Shown: positions 9,789-18,699 of the stretch, piece after piece
How positions within the stretch are numbered: position 1 is the first letter of the stretch
Layout of the letters: every line of letters begins with the position of its first letter
DNA from: an uncultured Muribaculaceae bacterium
GTDB lineage: Bacteria > Bacteroidota > Bacteroidia > Bacteroidales > Muribaculaceae
Assembly: GCA_947627615.1 (NCBI GenBank)
Contig: CANQWS010000005.1
Span: forward strand, 26,504-90,503
Direction of reading: 5' to 3'
Length of the DNA stretch: 64,000 nucleotides
Made by a program: the position numbers and the translations under genes
The notes under the pieces: generated by a model
The model's input: the letters and a program-made list of their open reading frames with translations, nothing else
What the model was told of the DNA's origin: nothing
The model's database searches: none

Positions 9789-10658
9789 TTATTTTGCCGC
9801 GTGGGCCTTTATGGAGGCCATGATGGCGCGGGCTATGTGGGGGGCGGCTTCGTTGCGGCACGGTGCGAAACTCGGCCAGTCATTGAAGTCTATGATGCGT
9901 ATGTCGCCCTGAGGCGACACAATGCAGTCTCCGCCGTAGATGTCCACGTCAAGCACTTCGGCTGCCTTCTGGCAGATGGTCTTCAGCTCGGCATGGTCGA
10001 ACGTCAGGCCCTGGGAGCGGCCGTTGATGGCTTCGTGGCCGTACTTGCTGTGGCCGGAGTCAAAAGGATAGAACCAGAAGAAGAAGGGCGAGTCCTTGAC
10101 TCCGTAGAATTTGATGAGGTCGCCTTCGAGGTGGCGGTTTATGACGGCCCGTTTGATGCCGCGGAGAAAGTATTCCTGAAGGACTTCCTGGGCTTCCTCG
10201 GGATGGCGCACGTAGCTCACGTCCTCCTTGTGCATGGCGTGGAAATCGCCGCGTTTGATCCAGCAGCGGTCCATTTTCATGCGCACGAGGGATTCCCTGA
10301 CGCCCTCGTCAGTGTTGACTATCAGGCTTTCGGGATAAGGTATGCCGCATCCCACCAGTATGCGCGTCATGCGTTCGCGGGTGCAGTTCTCTATGCCGTA
10401 GCCGGAGTTTATGACGAGGTTGCCGGCGTCCTCGAGCTGCTGGAGCTGCGCAATGGAGCGCTGTTCGCGGCACATGTTCACTATTATGTGCTCCTTGACC
10501 TGGCCGGCGATGAGCTGTTCCTCGCTGTAGGTGGTCACCGAGCAGCCGCGTTTGCGCAGCTGGTCGGCGACAAGGTTGAATATGGCCGCATCGTTTCCGA
10601 TGTGGTTGGGCGAGAACGCTCCGGCTCTCATGATGCCTGCTATGTTGATATCTGCCAT
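9789..10658 (-). CDS. Uncharacterised ATP-grasp-fold protein
   Basis: GIPYPESL, CWIKRGDFH, VINRHLEGDLIKFY, IYGGDCIV...IIDFNDWPSF correspond to ATP-grasp ATP and metal-binding elements. Confidence 0.8.
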   Translation of the reverse strand: MADINIAGIMRAGAFSPNHIGNDAAIFNLVADQLRKRGCSVTTYSEEQLIAGQVKEHIIVNMCREQRSIAQLQQLEDAGNLVINSGYGIENCTRERMTRILVGCGIPYPESLIVNTDEGVRESLVRMKMDRCWIKRGDFHAMHKEDVSYVRHPEEAQEVLQEYFLRGIKRAVINRHLEGDLIKFYGVKDSPFFFWFYPFDSGHSKYGHEAINGRSQGLTFDHAELKTICQKAAEVLDVDIYGGDCIVSPQGDIRIIDFNDWPSFAPCRNEAAPHIARAIMASIKAHAAK

Positions 10659-10720
10659 ATTGTGCTTGTGGGGGAAATGTGGGTTGTTTTTGGTTTTATC
10701 GGATTCGGTGATGGCGGTTG

Positions 10721-11416
10721 TCAGCTGAGGAATTTTTCAGCGGTGGCTATGTCGCCGGCATGGTCCACATCAATGATTTTGGGAAATGGATAGGCTTTGA
10801 GGTCGAGACCGGCGTCGACGAGCGCGCGCTGATAGTTGCGCATGCGGCTCACACCGCTGTCCATGCAGCGGCGCAGCACGTCAAGCGCCGGTGCCGTAAG
10901 GCCGTAGATGCCGCCGGAAATGTATTTCACGCCCTCGAAAGGCTGGTCGCGGAAAGCGGTGATGCGCATTTCGGGGTCCACGTCAATGTAAAGCGGTTTC
11001 TCGTCGTCAATGAAGGAGGTCACGGCCATGTAGCCGTCGGCCTTGTCGTCGGCCTCGAAAGCCTTGACGTAGCCGGCGAAATCCTCCGGACGGAAAATGG
11101 TGTCGACGGTGGTCAGGATGAACTTGCCTTCGCGGAACGTGCGGCTCACCTCGTAGAAACTGTGCATGGAGCTCGGGGTCGATTTGACCACGAGGTTGAA
11201 CGGCACAGGCAGCGGGAGGCTTTCGAGATACTCCCTCACCTCGGTCATCTGCTCGTTGACAATGATGCTGAGCGATGTGGGGTTGCAGCCCATCATTATG
11301 TCGATGAGGCGTTTTATCATGGGGGTGCCGCAGAGGTTCACCAGCGGTTTGGGCAGTCTGACACCCTCCTGTACGAGCCGGCTTCCTTCGCCGGCGGCTA
11401 TGATGGCGTAGTTCAT
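10721..11416 (-). CDS. Nucleotidyltransferase (NTP_transferase; candidate inositol-phosphate cytidylyltransferase)
   Basis: IIAAGEGSRL...PKPL N-terminal signature, LTTVDTIF, IIDVDHAGD. Start overlaps the pdxA stop (ATGA). Confidence 0.85.
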   Translation of the reverse strand: MNYAIIAAGEGSRLVQEGVRLPKPLVNLCGTPMIKRLIDIMMGCNPTSLSIIVNEQMTEVREYLESLPLPVPFNLVVKSTPSSMHSFYEVSRTFREGKFILTTVDTIFRPEDFAGYVKAFEADDKADGYMAVTSFIDDEKPLYIDVDPEMRITAFRDQPFEGVKYISGGIYGLTAPALDVLRRCMDSGVSRMRNYQRALVDAGLDLKAYPFPKIIDVDHAGDIATAEKFLS

Positions 11417-12516
11417 TCGTCGGATGATTTTGTGAGGTCAAGCACCACGTTGTCTTTCTTGTTCTTCTCCACATACTGCTTGCGCAGCGGATTGCGCAAC
11501 GCCTCGGCATGGCGCGAGCGGGAGCGGTAGATGTCGATGGCCGAGTAGATGGCCGCGCGCATGGAATCGGCCGAGGCGATTCCCTTTCCGGCTATGTCGA
11601 ATCCGGTGCCGTGATCGGGCGAGGTCCTGACATAGCGCAGCCCCGAGGTCACGTTGACACCGGCGTCCATGGCCAGTGTCTTGAACGGGGCCAGACCCTG
11701 GTCGTGGTACATGGCCAGAATGCCGTCGAACCTGCTCCAGGTGCCGTTGCCGAAGAAGCCATCGGATGCAAACGGGCCGAACACGTTGATTTTCTTCGAC
11801 TGCGCTTCCTCGATTGCCGGAATGATGCTCTCCTTTTCCTCGTTGCCGAGCAGACCGTCCTCGCCGCTGTGGGGGTTGAGCGAGAGCACGGCTATGCGGG
11901 GATGCGGAATACCGAAATCGCATTCAAGAGCCGCGTCGAACAGGCGTATCTTTTCAAGGACGTTTTCTGTGGTTATTTTTTCAGCCACGGAGGCTATGGG
12001 CGTGTGGATGGTCACCAGGGCCACTCGCAGGCGGTCCGAGGCCAGAATCATCAGCGCGTGCTCGGTGCCGTCCGAAAGTGAAGTCTCCAGATACTCGGTG
12101 TGGCCGGGAAAAGTGAATTCCTCGCTCTGGATGGTGGCCTTGTTGATGGGAGCCGTCACGAGAGCGTCGATCTGGCCTGACTTGAGGTCGGCCACGGCGG
12201 CTTCCAGAGCCATGAATGCGGCGTGGCCGGCTTCACGGGAGGTTGTGCCGGGTTCAACACGCAGGCTCTCGTCGACCACGTTTATGATATTCACCTGATC
12301 GGGACGCGCCTGATCGGGGCTCTGGATCTGGGCTATGTTCAACTGCGGAATATCCGACAGCTTGCGGTAATGGTTGGCAATCTTGGCCGAACCATAGATT
12401 ATCGGGGTGCAGAGCTCCACCATGCGCGGATCCTCAAGGGCCTTGAGAATAACCTCATAGCCAATGCCGTTGGTGTCACCCTGCGTTATTCCTATCTTTA
12501 TTTTATGTTCTGACAT
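11413..12516 (-). CDS. pdxA: 4-hydroxythreonine-4-phosphate dehydrogenase
   Basis: GITQGDTNGIGYE, VTAPINK, GHTEYL, LNPHSGE, MYHDQGL, RTSPDHGT. Confidence 0.95.
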   Translation of the reverse strand: MSEHKIKIGITQGDTNGIGYEVILKALEDPRMVELCTPIIYGSAKIANHYRKLSDIPQLNIAQIQSPDQARPDQVNIINVVDESLRVEPGTTSREAGHAAFMALEAAVADLKSGQIDALVTAPINKATIQSEEFTFPGHTEYLETSLSDGTEHALMILASDRLRVALVTIHTPIASVAEKITTENVLEKIRLFDAALECDFGIPHPRIAVLSLNPHSGEDGLLGNEEKESIIPAIEEAQSKKINVFGPFASDGFFGNGTWSRFDGILAMYHDQGLAPFKTLAMDAGVNVTSGLRYVRTSPDHGTGFDIAGKGIASADSMRAAIYSAIDIYRSRSRHAEALRNPLRKQYVEKNKKDNVVLDLTKSSDE

Positions 12517-12540
12517 GGACGTGATATGGTTAAGATGCCA

Positions 12541-12548
12541 CAAAAGTA
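12541..12548 (-). promoter_or_regulatory. -7 element (TACTTTTG on - strand) for pdxA and the inositol cluster
   Basis: CAAAAGTA on +, 24 nt upstream of the pdxA ATG. Confidence 0.65.
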
Positions 12549-13059
12549 GCAAAATTTCTCCAACCTCCCCTCCTAAATCCCCTAAAATCTGTTGTCAGCC
12601 CCTCCTGCCATCCCTCCCAAAATCCCTTTTAGAGGAATCAGCCGCCTCTTTCCCCGCCTCACCAGCCAAGGCATTCTCAGCCCCTCTTCGGGGCTGCAAC
12701 GCTCTGTCTGTAAAGTGGATATAAAGGGTGTTATCAGCTCCAAGGGGGCTACAATTAATACGCCCTTTCATGGCTGAGAATACCCATAACTCTGTAACTA
12801 TGGCAGCTGAAGCCGGCCACTCCTACGCTCGCGGACCTGCGGGTCCGAGGGACACGGCTGTATGTGGATGGATGGGTGGTCATGGCTGACTGGACGTTAG
12901 AGGCTTACATCCGCAAAATTAGCCATTAATTCCCGGAATCCAAGTGCGATGATTAAGAAAATGGGAGTTAAGGGGCGGATGTTTGCGCCGGTTTTGAATT
13001 ATTTGTTTATCTTTGGACTTTGATAAAAACATGAAACTATAAAACCCTTGACCGAAATC

Positions 13060-15339
13060 ATGAGAAGCCGAACTGTTTTGCTATCTGTGTTTGTCTGTAT
13101 GCTGGCTCTGTGGGCCGGCGCCACCTCTTCAGTAAAAGTCATTCCGCAGCCCGCGGAGATTTCCGTTGGCGAGGGTTACTGCGCCCTCGGCAAGCCTCTA
13201 ACCGTGGCGGCCGCTGATAAAAACGCCGTTTCTCTGGCTGCTGAGATTGTCCGTACGCTTGACCGGCAGTCGGTGAAGGCTAAAAAGGCATCGGCTTCAC
13301 GTGCGCTGGTATCGGTCAAGGCCGATCCCGAACTTGGGGCCGAACAGTACAGGCTCCGGGTCACGCCCGGGGGGATTACGGTGACTGCATCGACGGAGAC
13401 GGGTGCTTTCTATGCCGCACAGACGCTGGCGCAGCTTGTGGCCACAGCCGGCCCGGAGGGAATCGCTGCCTGTGAGATAAATGACTATCCGCGCATGGCC
13501 TACAGGGGCCTGATGCTCGATGTGGTGCGTTGCTATGTGCCTGTGTCGGAGCTGAAGCGGTTTGTCGACGTGGCGGCGCGGCTGAAAATCAACAATCTGC
13601 ATCTGCATCTGACCGATGACAACGGATGGCGCCTCGAGATAAAGAAATATCCGAAGCTCACGGAGGTGGGCGCATGGCGTGTTGACCGGCCCGAGCGCTT
13701 TCCGGGACGTCTGAACCAGCGCTCCAAGGACGAGCCAACGCCGATAGGCGGTTTCTATACCCGGAAAGAGATGAGAGAGCTTGTGGACTATGCCGCCCGG
13801 CGCCATGTCAACATAATCCCCGAAATAGAGATGCCGGCCCATTCCGCGGCCGCCATAGCCTCATATCCGGAACTGGCATGTCCTGTCAACGACAGGTTCG
13901 TGGGCGTGTTTCCCGGAATAGGCGGCAAGGACGCGTCGATAATTATGTGTGCCGGCAACGACAAGGTGATTGATTTCTACAAGGATGTGCTCGACGAGGT
14001 GATGGATATCTTCCCCTCGCCCTACATACACCTCGGGGGCGACGAGGCCAGCAAGACCCTGTGGGAGAAATGTCAGTTGTGCCGCAAGCGCATAGCCGAT
14101 GAGAATCTCAAGGACTGCGAGGAACTGCAGGCCTGGTTCATGGACAGCATAAACCACTATGTGCGCTCCAAGGGACGCACGGCCATAGGCTGGGACGAGG
14201 TCACCTACGGCGACCCGAAGGAGGACATGGTGATCATAGGCTGGCAGGGCGACGGCTCCACGGCCGTCAATGATTCGCGGCGCAGCGGCCGTAAGTTCAT
14301 CATGAGCCCCGCGAAGACCATGTATCTCATCCGTTATCAGGGGCCGCAGTGGTTTGAGCCGTGGACCTATTTCGGCAATAACCGGATGAAGGAAATCTAC
14401 AATTACGAGCCTACGGACTCAACATGGACTCCGGAGCTCGAGAGCAGCCTTCTCGGCATCCAGGGCTCGTTGTGGAGCGAATTCTGTCAGTCGGCCTCCG
14501 ACATGCAGTATCTCGTGTTCCCGCGCCTGATGGCTGTGGCCGATATGGCCTGGCGTCCCAAGGGTACGTCCGATTGGCCGGCATTCGTAAGCAATCTCGA
14601 CGCTTTTCTGAAAAACCCCGACCTTGACGGACTGAACTACGCCCGCTCCATGTTCAACATCCAGCACACCGTCCGTCCCTCGGGCGACGGCACCGTAGAG
14701 GTGAGTCTCGAGTGCGAGCGCCCCGATGCGGTGATAACCTATTCCATGGATGATTCCACGTTCCACCGCACCTACGCCGGGCCTCTGAAGATTGGCGGAC
14801 CGGCCTGCGTCTATGCCTCGGCGTTCGTCGACGGCCGTCGTCCCGGCCGCACGCTGAAACTGCCCCTGCGGTTCAACGAGGCCACGGGCCGCAAGGTGAC
14901 GGCTCCCGCATGCAACAACGGCCTCCAGTACGTTCTGACCAACGGCCTCAGAGGCTCGTCGCGCAACTCCGATTTCGAGTGGGCCGGCTGGTGGAATGCC
15001 CCGGCCGAGTTCACGGTTGATCTCGGAAGCGTCATAGATGTGAGGGAGGTGAGTCTCGGAACGCTCGTGAACAGCGACATCTGCATCGCCGCGCCCCACA
15101 GGATTCTGCTCTACACCTCGCCTGACGGCAAGGCGTTCACGCTGGCGTCCGACGTCAAGGTGCCGGAGGCCCTGACGTTCGCCCATCCCGAAAAAATAGA
15201 GGACATTGAGCTCTTTTCCGGGAATGCCCGGGCCCGCTATCTGAAAGTAGTGGCTCTGAATCCCGGCGGAATACCTGACGGAATGGCCCGCGAAGGCGCT
15301 CCCACGTGGATGTACTTTGACGAGCTGACGGTACGGTGA
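13060..15339 (+). CDS. GH20 beta-N-acetylhexosaminidase with C-terminal accessory (F5/8-like) domain
   Basis: Signal peptide; DYPRMAYRGLMLDV, LHLHLTDDNGWR, PEIEMPAH, catalytic HLGGDE, GIQGSLWSE. TATCTTTG promoter at 13008-13015. Confidence 0.93.
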   Translation: MRSRTVLLSVFVCMLALWAGATSSVKVIPQPAEISVGEGYCALGKPLTVAAADKNAVSLAAEIVRTLDRQSVKAKKASASRALVSVKADPELGAEQYRLRVTPGGITVTASTETGAFYAAQTLAQLVATAGPEGIAACEINDYPRMAYRGLMLDVVRCYVPVSELKRFVDVAARLKINNLHLHLTDDNGWRLEIKKYPKLTEVGAWRVDRPERFPGRLNQRSKDEPTPIGGFYTRKEMRELVDYAARRHVNIIPEIEMPAHSAAAIASYPELACPVNDRFVGVFPGIGGKDASIIMCAGNDKVIDFYKDVLDEVMDIFPSPYIHLGGDEASKTLWEKCQLCRKRIADENLKDCEELQAWFMDSINHYVRSKGRTAIGWDEVTYGDPKEDMVIIGWQGDGSTAVNDSRRSGRKFIMSPAKTMYLIRYQGPQWFEPWTYFGNNRMKEIYNYEPTDSTWTPELESSLLGIQGSLWSEFCQSASDMQYLVFPRLMAVADMAWRPKGTSDWPAFVSNLDAFLKNPDLDGLNYARSMFNIQHTVRPSGDGTVEVSLECERPDAVITYSMDDSTFHRTYAGPLKIGGPACVYASAFVDGRRPGRTLKLPLRFNEATGRKVTAPACNNGLQYVLTNGLRGSSRNSDFEWAGWWNAPAEFTVDLGSVIDVREVSLGTLVNSDICIAAPHRILLYTSPDGKAFTLASDVKVPEALTFAHPEKIEDIELFSGNARARYLKVVALNPGGIPDGMAREGAPTWMYFDELTVR

Positions 15340-15445
15340 TTTCAGAAAAAATTGTAATTTTGTGAGCCAATGTCCCGCAGGATTGTTATAGATTCGGGGA
15401 CATGCGGGTTGCTATCCCTTATTACTAACTAATATAGTGACAATT

Positions 15446-15781
15446 ATGGAATCGACACGACAAGCCAAAATATCACGCCTCATACAGAAAGAACTGAGCG
15501 AAATCTTCCGCCGCCAGACGGCTAAAATGCACGGCACGCTGATAACGGTGAGCGCCGTAAGGGTCTCCCCCGACCTGAGCACGGCCAAGGCATATCTCTC
15601 TGTGTTCCCTTCGGCCAAGGCCCAGGAAGTGATAGAGAGCGTGAACAGCAACGCCAGGACCATACGCTACGAACTGGCCCAGATTGTGCGCCATCAGCTG
15701 CGCAAGACCCCCGAGCTGAGTTTCTATCTCGATGACTCGCTCGATTACATTGACAACATTGACCATCTGCTGGGCAAATAA
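15446..15781 (+). CDS. rbfA: 30S ribosome-binding factor A
   Basis: RQAKISRLIQKELSEIF, VRVSPDLSTAKAY, LRKTPELSFYLDDS. Confidence 0.95.
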   Translation: MESTRQAKISRLIQKELSEIFRRQTAKMHGTLITVSAVRVSPDLSTAKAYLSVFPSAKAQEVIESVNSNARTIRYELAQIVRHQLRKTPELSFYLDDSLDYIDNIDHLLGK

Positions 15782-15835
15782 CTCCTGCCCCGCAGCAGAA
15801 ACCTTTCATTCACATTCAGTAATCATTCAGAGCCA

Positions 15836-17053
15836 ATGGTCAGCCTGCGCATCGCACTGCGATATCTTTTTTCAAAAAAGAGTCATAGCGCCGTAAACAT
15901 CATATCGGTCATCTCCATGGCCGGTGTGGCGGTTGCCACTGTGGCCATTGTCTGCGTTCTCTCCGTGTTCAACGGGTTCTCGGACCTCGCCATGGGCCGT
16001 CTGTCGGTCATCGACCCGGAGATGAAGCTGCTGCCGGAGTCAGGAAAGATTATCCGCGATGCCGATTCACTTGCCGCACGGATTTCCGCGCTCCCGGGTG
16101 TGGATACGGCAATGGCCACTGTCGACGAACAGGCCCTTGCCATAGTGGGTCCACGGCAGATGGCCGTGAGGATGAAGGGCGTGCCCTCGGGCTACAACCG
16201 CGTCAGCGGCGTGGACCGGGCGGTTATTGACGGGGAATACGGTCTTGACGCGTCCGCCGGCCCTGATGACCCCGTGGCGCTCCTGTCGGTGGGTACCGCC
16301 GTCAAGCTCGCTTCGCGTCCGGCCTCGATGGCGCCGTTCGCACTGTATGTCCCGCGCAGGGTGGGACGGATAAATCCGTCCGCGGCCGCCGCGGCGTTCC
16401 GCAGCGATTCGCTGACGGTGACCGGAGTCTATGAGATAGAGGATGCCGAGAAGGACGCCTCGACGGTGATGGTGCCGCTGACGGTGGCCCGCGACCTTCT
16501 CGATTATGACTCGGAGGCGTCGATGATTGAGATAGGTCTCGAACCGGGAGCGTCGGAGAGCGCTGTGCGTGACGAAATAGGGCGGGTAGCGGGTGCCGGA
16601 TATGTGCTGCAGAACCGTCTGCAGCAGGAAGAGAAGGCCTACCGGATGATTTCCATAGAGAAATGGATAGCTTTCATAATGCTTGCCTTCATTCTTCTGA
16701 TAGCCTCGTTCAATGTAATTTCCACCCTGTCGATGCTAATGCTTGAAAAGACCGACAATATGGTCACCCTCAGGGCGCTCGGCGCACGGCAGTCAATGAT
16801 ACGCGGAATATTCGTGTGGGAAGGATGGCTCATCTCCATCTTCGGCGGAATCATAGGCATTGTCACGGGCGTGGGGCTGTGTCTGCTCCAGCAGTATTGC
16901 GGCCTGATCCGTCTGAGCGGCGATGCCTCCCAGCTTTCGGTCACGGTCTATCCTGTCAGGGTGTATCTGCCCGACCTTCTTGTGGTGATGGGGCTCGTGG
17001 TGCTCACCGGCCTGTTCATAGCGGCGCTGACCACCCGATTCGCCAGACGCTGA
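15836..17053 (+). CDS. LolC/E (FtsX-like) ABC transporter permease
   Basis: IALRYLFSKK, VLSVFNGF, LRALGA, EGWLIS; 1+3 TM topology with periplasmic MacB-like domain. Confidence 0.88.
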   Translation: MVSLRIALRYLFSKKSHSAVNIISVISMAGVAVATVAIVCVLSVFNGFSDLAMGRLSVIDPEMKLLPESGKIIRDADSLAARISALPGVDTAMATVDEQALAIVGPRQMAVRMKGVPSGYNRVSGVDRAVIDGEYGLDASAGPDDPVALLSVGTAVKLASRPASMAPFALYVPRRVGRINPSAAAAAFRSDSLTVTGVYEIEDAEKDASTVMVPLTVARDLLDYDSEASMIEIGLEPGASESAVRDEIGRVAGAGYVLQNRLQQEEKAYRMISIEKWIAFIMLAFILLIASFNVISTLSMLMLEKTDNMVTLRALGARQSMIRGIFVWEGWLISIFGGIIGIVTGVGLCLLQQYCGLIRLSGDASQLSVTVYPVRVYLPDLLVVMGLVVLTGLFIAALTTRFARR

Positions 17054-17059
17054 ACCAGT

Positions 17060-17704
17060 TTAAACGCTTTCAGGCACGCGTATAATGGTCAGCCCGTCGC
17101 GTACTGGGATTATGCTCACCTCCACCCGCGGGTCGGATGCCACCATGTCGTTGAATTCCATTATTCCGGCTGTCTGCGGGTCGTGGGATGCGTTCGGCTC
17201 GGCCACCTTGCCGTCCCACAGCGTATTGTCAGCTATGATGTAGCCTCCGGGATTCATGCGCGGGAGAATCATGCGGTAATAGTCACAGTAATTGCGCTTG
17301 TTGGCGTCGATGAACACCATGTCCCACGTCCCGTCGAGTTCCGGGACGGTCTCGAGGGCATCGCCTATGTGGAGCGTGATGATTCCTCCGGCGGGCGATT
17401 TGGCGAAGCGTTCCGTCAGTTCCTGCTCCAGCTCGTCGTCTATTTCCACGGTGTGCAGTTCGCATCCGGGGCCTAAGGCTTCGGCCATGCACAGGGTGGA
17501 ATAGCCGGTGAATGCGCCTAGCTCAAGCACCCGGCGCGGCCTGATCATGGACGTCAGCATCTTGAGAAGGCGTCCCTGGACATGTCCGGAGCACATGCGC
17601 GGATAGAGATGATGGAGGTTGGTGTGGCGCCATGTGTCGCGGAGCAGCTGCGGTTCCGGTGAGATATGTGCGGCTATGTATTCGTCAATCAGTTGATTGT
17701 GCAT
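17060..17704 (-). CDS. SAM-dependent O-methyltransferase (family 3)
   Basis: VLELGAFTGYS, DMVFIDANK, IADNTLW, IPVRDGLTI. Confidence 0.92.
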   Translation of the reverse strand: MHNQLIDEYIAAHISPEPQLLRDTWRHTNLHHLYPRMCSGHVQGRLLKMLTSMIRPRRVLELGAFTGYSTLCMAEALGPGCELHTVEIDDELEQELTERFAKSPAGGIITLHIGDALETVPELDGTWDMVFIDANKRNYCDYYRMILPRMNPGGYIIADNTLWDGKVAEPNASHDPQTAGIMEFNDMVASDPRVEVSIIPVRDGLTIIRVPESV

Positions 17705-18699
17705 CGCAGATGGTTGTTTTCGGCTTGTTCTATGGTTTTCCGCATGAAATCGATGCATTCGCGGGGATATTCGCCCTGGGCGGTCTCGCCGGTGAGCAGA
17801 AGCCAGTCATAGCCTTCCATCACGGCAAGCGTGATGTCGCTGAGTTCGGCGCGCGTGGGCATGGGGCGGCTTATCATCGATTGCATTATCTGGGTGGCGA
17901 GAATCAGCGGTTTTCCGGCTCTGCGAGCCTTCCGGGCCACAAGCAGCTGGGCCGCCGGAATCTCCGGCAGCGGTATGTGGGTGCCGAGGTCGCCGCGGGC
18001 GGTGAGCAGTCCGTCGCTGACAGCTATGATGCCGTCAATGTTTTCAAGTGCCTCGCGGCATTCCACCTTGGCGTAGACTCTGACCGGACTGTCACCGGTG
18101 ATGGCCCTGACGGCTGTAACGTCGGCCGCCGTGCGCACGAATGAATGGGCTATGATGTCTATTCCGGCTTCCATGGCCGCGAGGATATTGGTCCTGTCCC
18201 GTTCGCTGACGGCGGGAAGCGGCGGGACATCTGTCCCGGGAAACGCCACGGTCTTGTGGGAGCCCACGGTTCCTCCGTCAATTGCGCGGCAGTGTATCAG
18301 CGCGCCTTCCGTTCCGGTTATCTCGAGGCGCACGTCGCCGTCGTCGATCAGCACCTCTCCGCCGGGCCTCACATACCGTTCGAGAGATTCCACGGCCACT
18401 CGGATGCATCCGGCGGTCGAATCCTCCAGTCCGGAGCGGATGTCTATTTCCTGACCCGCCTTCAGAGTCACGGGTGTCTCAAGCCCCGTGGTCCTTATCT
18501 CCGGGCCTTTGGTGTCAAGCAGAATCTTCAGGTCCGGGTCGACGGAACGTATCGTCTCCACCATACGGCGGAATGTCGCGGGGTCCACGTGGGCCGAGTT
18601 TATCCTCACCCCCTCCATGCCCCTGCTGCGGAGAGCCTCTATGAATTCCACCGTGCACCGGGTGTCGGCTATGGTGGCCATTATCCTTGTCCCGTTCAT
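17689..18699 (-). CDS. pyk: Pyruvate kinase, A and B domains only (no C-terminal domain)
   Basis: RINSAH, DTKGPEIRT, AKVE, ARGDLG, ATQ, PTRAE, GETA; 336 aa, ending about 25 residues after GETA. Confidence 0.88.
   Translation of the reverse strand: MNGTRIMATIADTRCTVEFIEALRSRGMEGVRINSAHVDPATFRRMVETIRSVDPDLKILLDTKGPEIRTTGLETPVTLKAGQEIDIRSGLEDSTAGCIRVAVESLERYVRPGGEVLIDDGDVRLEITGTEGALIHCRAIDGGTVGSHKTVAFPGTDVPPLPAVSERDRTNILAAMEAGIDIIAHSFVRTAADVTAVRAITGDSPVRVYAKVECREALENIDGIIAVSDGLLTARGDLGTHIPLPEIPAAQLLVARKARRAGKPLILATQIMQSMISRPMPTRAELSDITLAVMEGYDWLLLTGETAQGEYPRECIDFMRKTIEQAENNHLRCTIN

Noticed and set aside
12550-12921. Assignment as rnpB, tmRNA, SRP, 6S or tRNA; also small ORFs of 42-61 aa here
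   Set aside because: No diagnostic conserved motifs found, and the ORFs lack coding-like composition.
15368-15401. Hairpin atgtccc...gggacat in the rbfA leader as a riboswitch or autoregulatory element
   Set aside because: Only a 7-bp stem with a large loop, and no recognisable aptamer.
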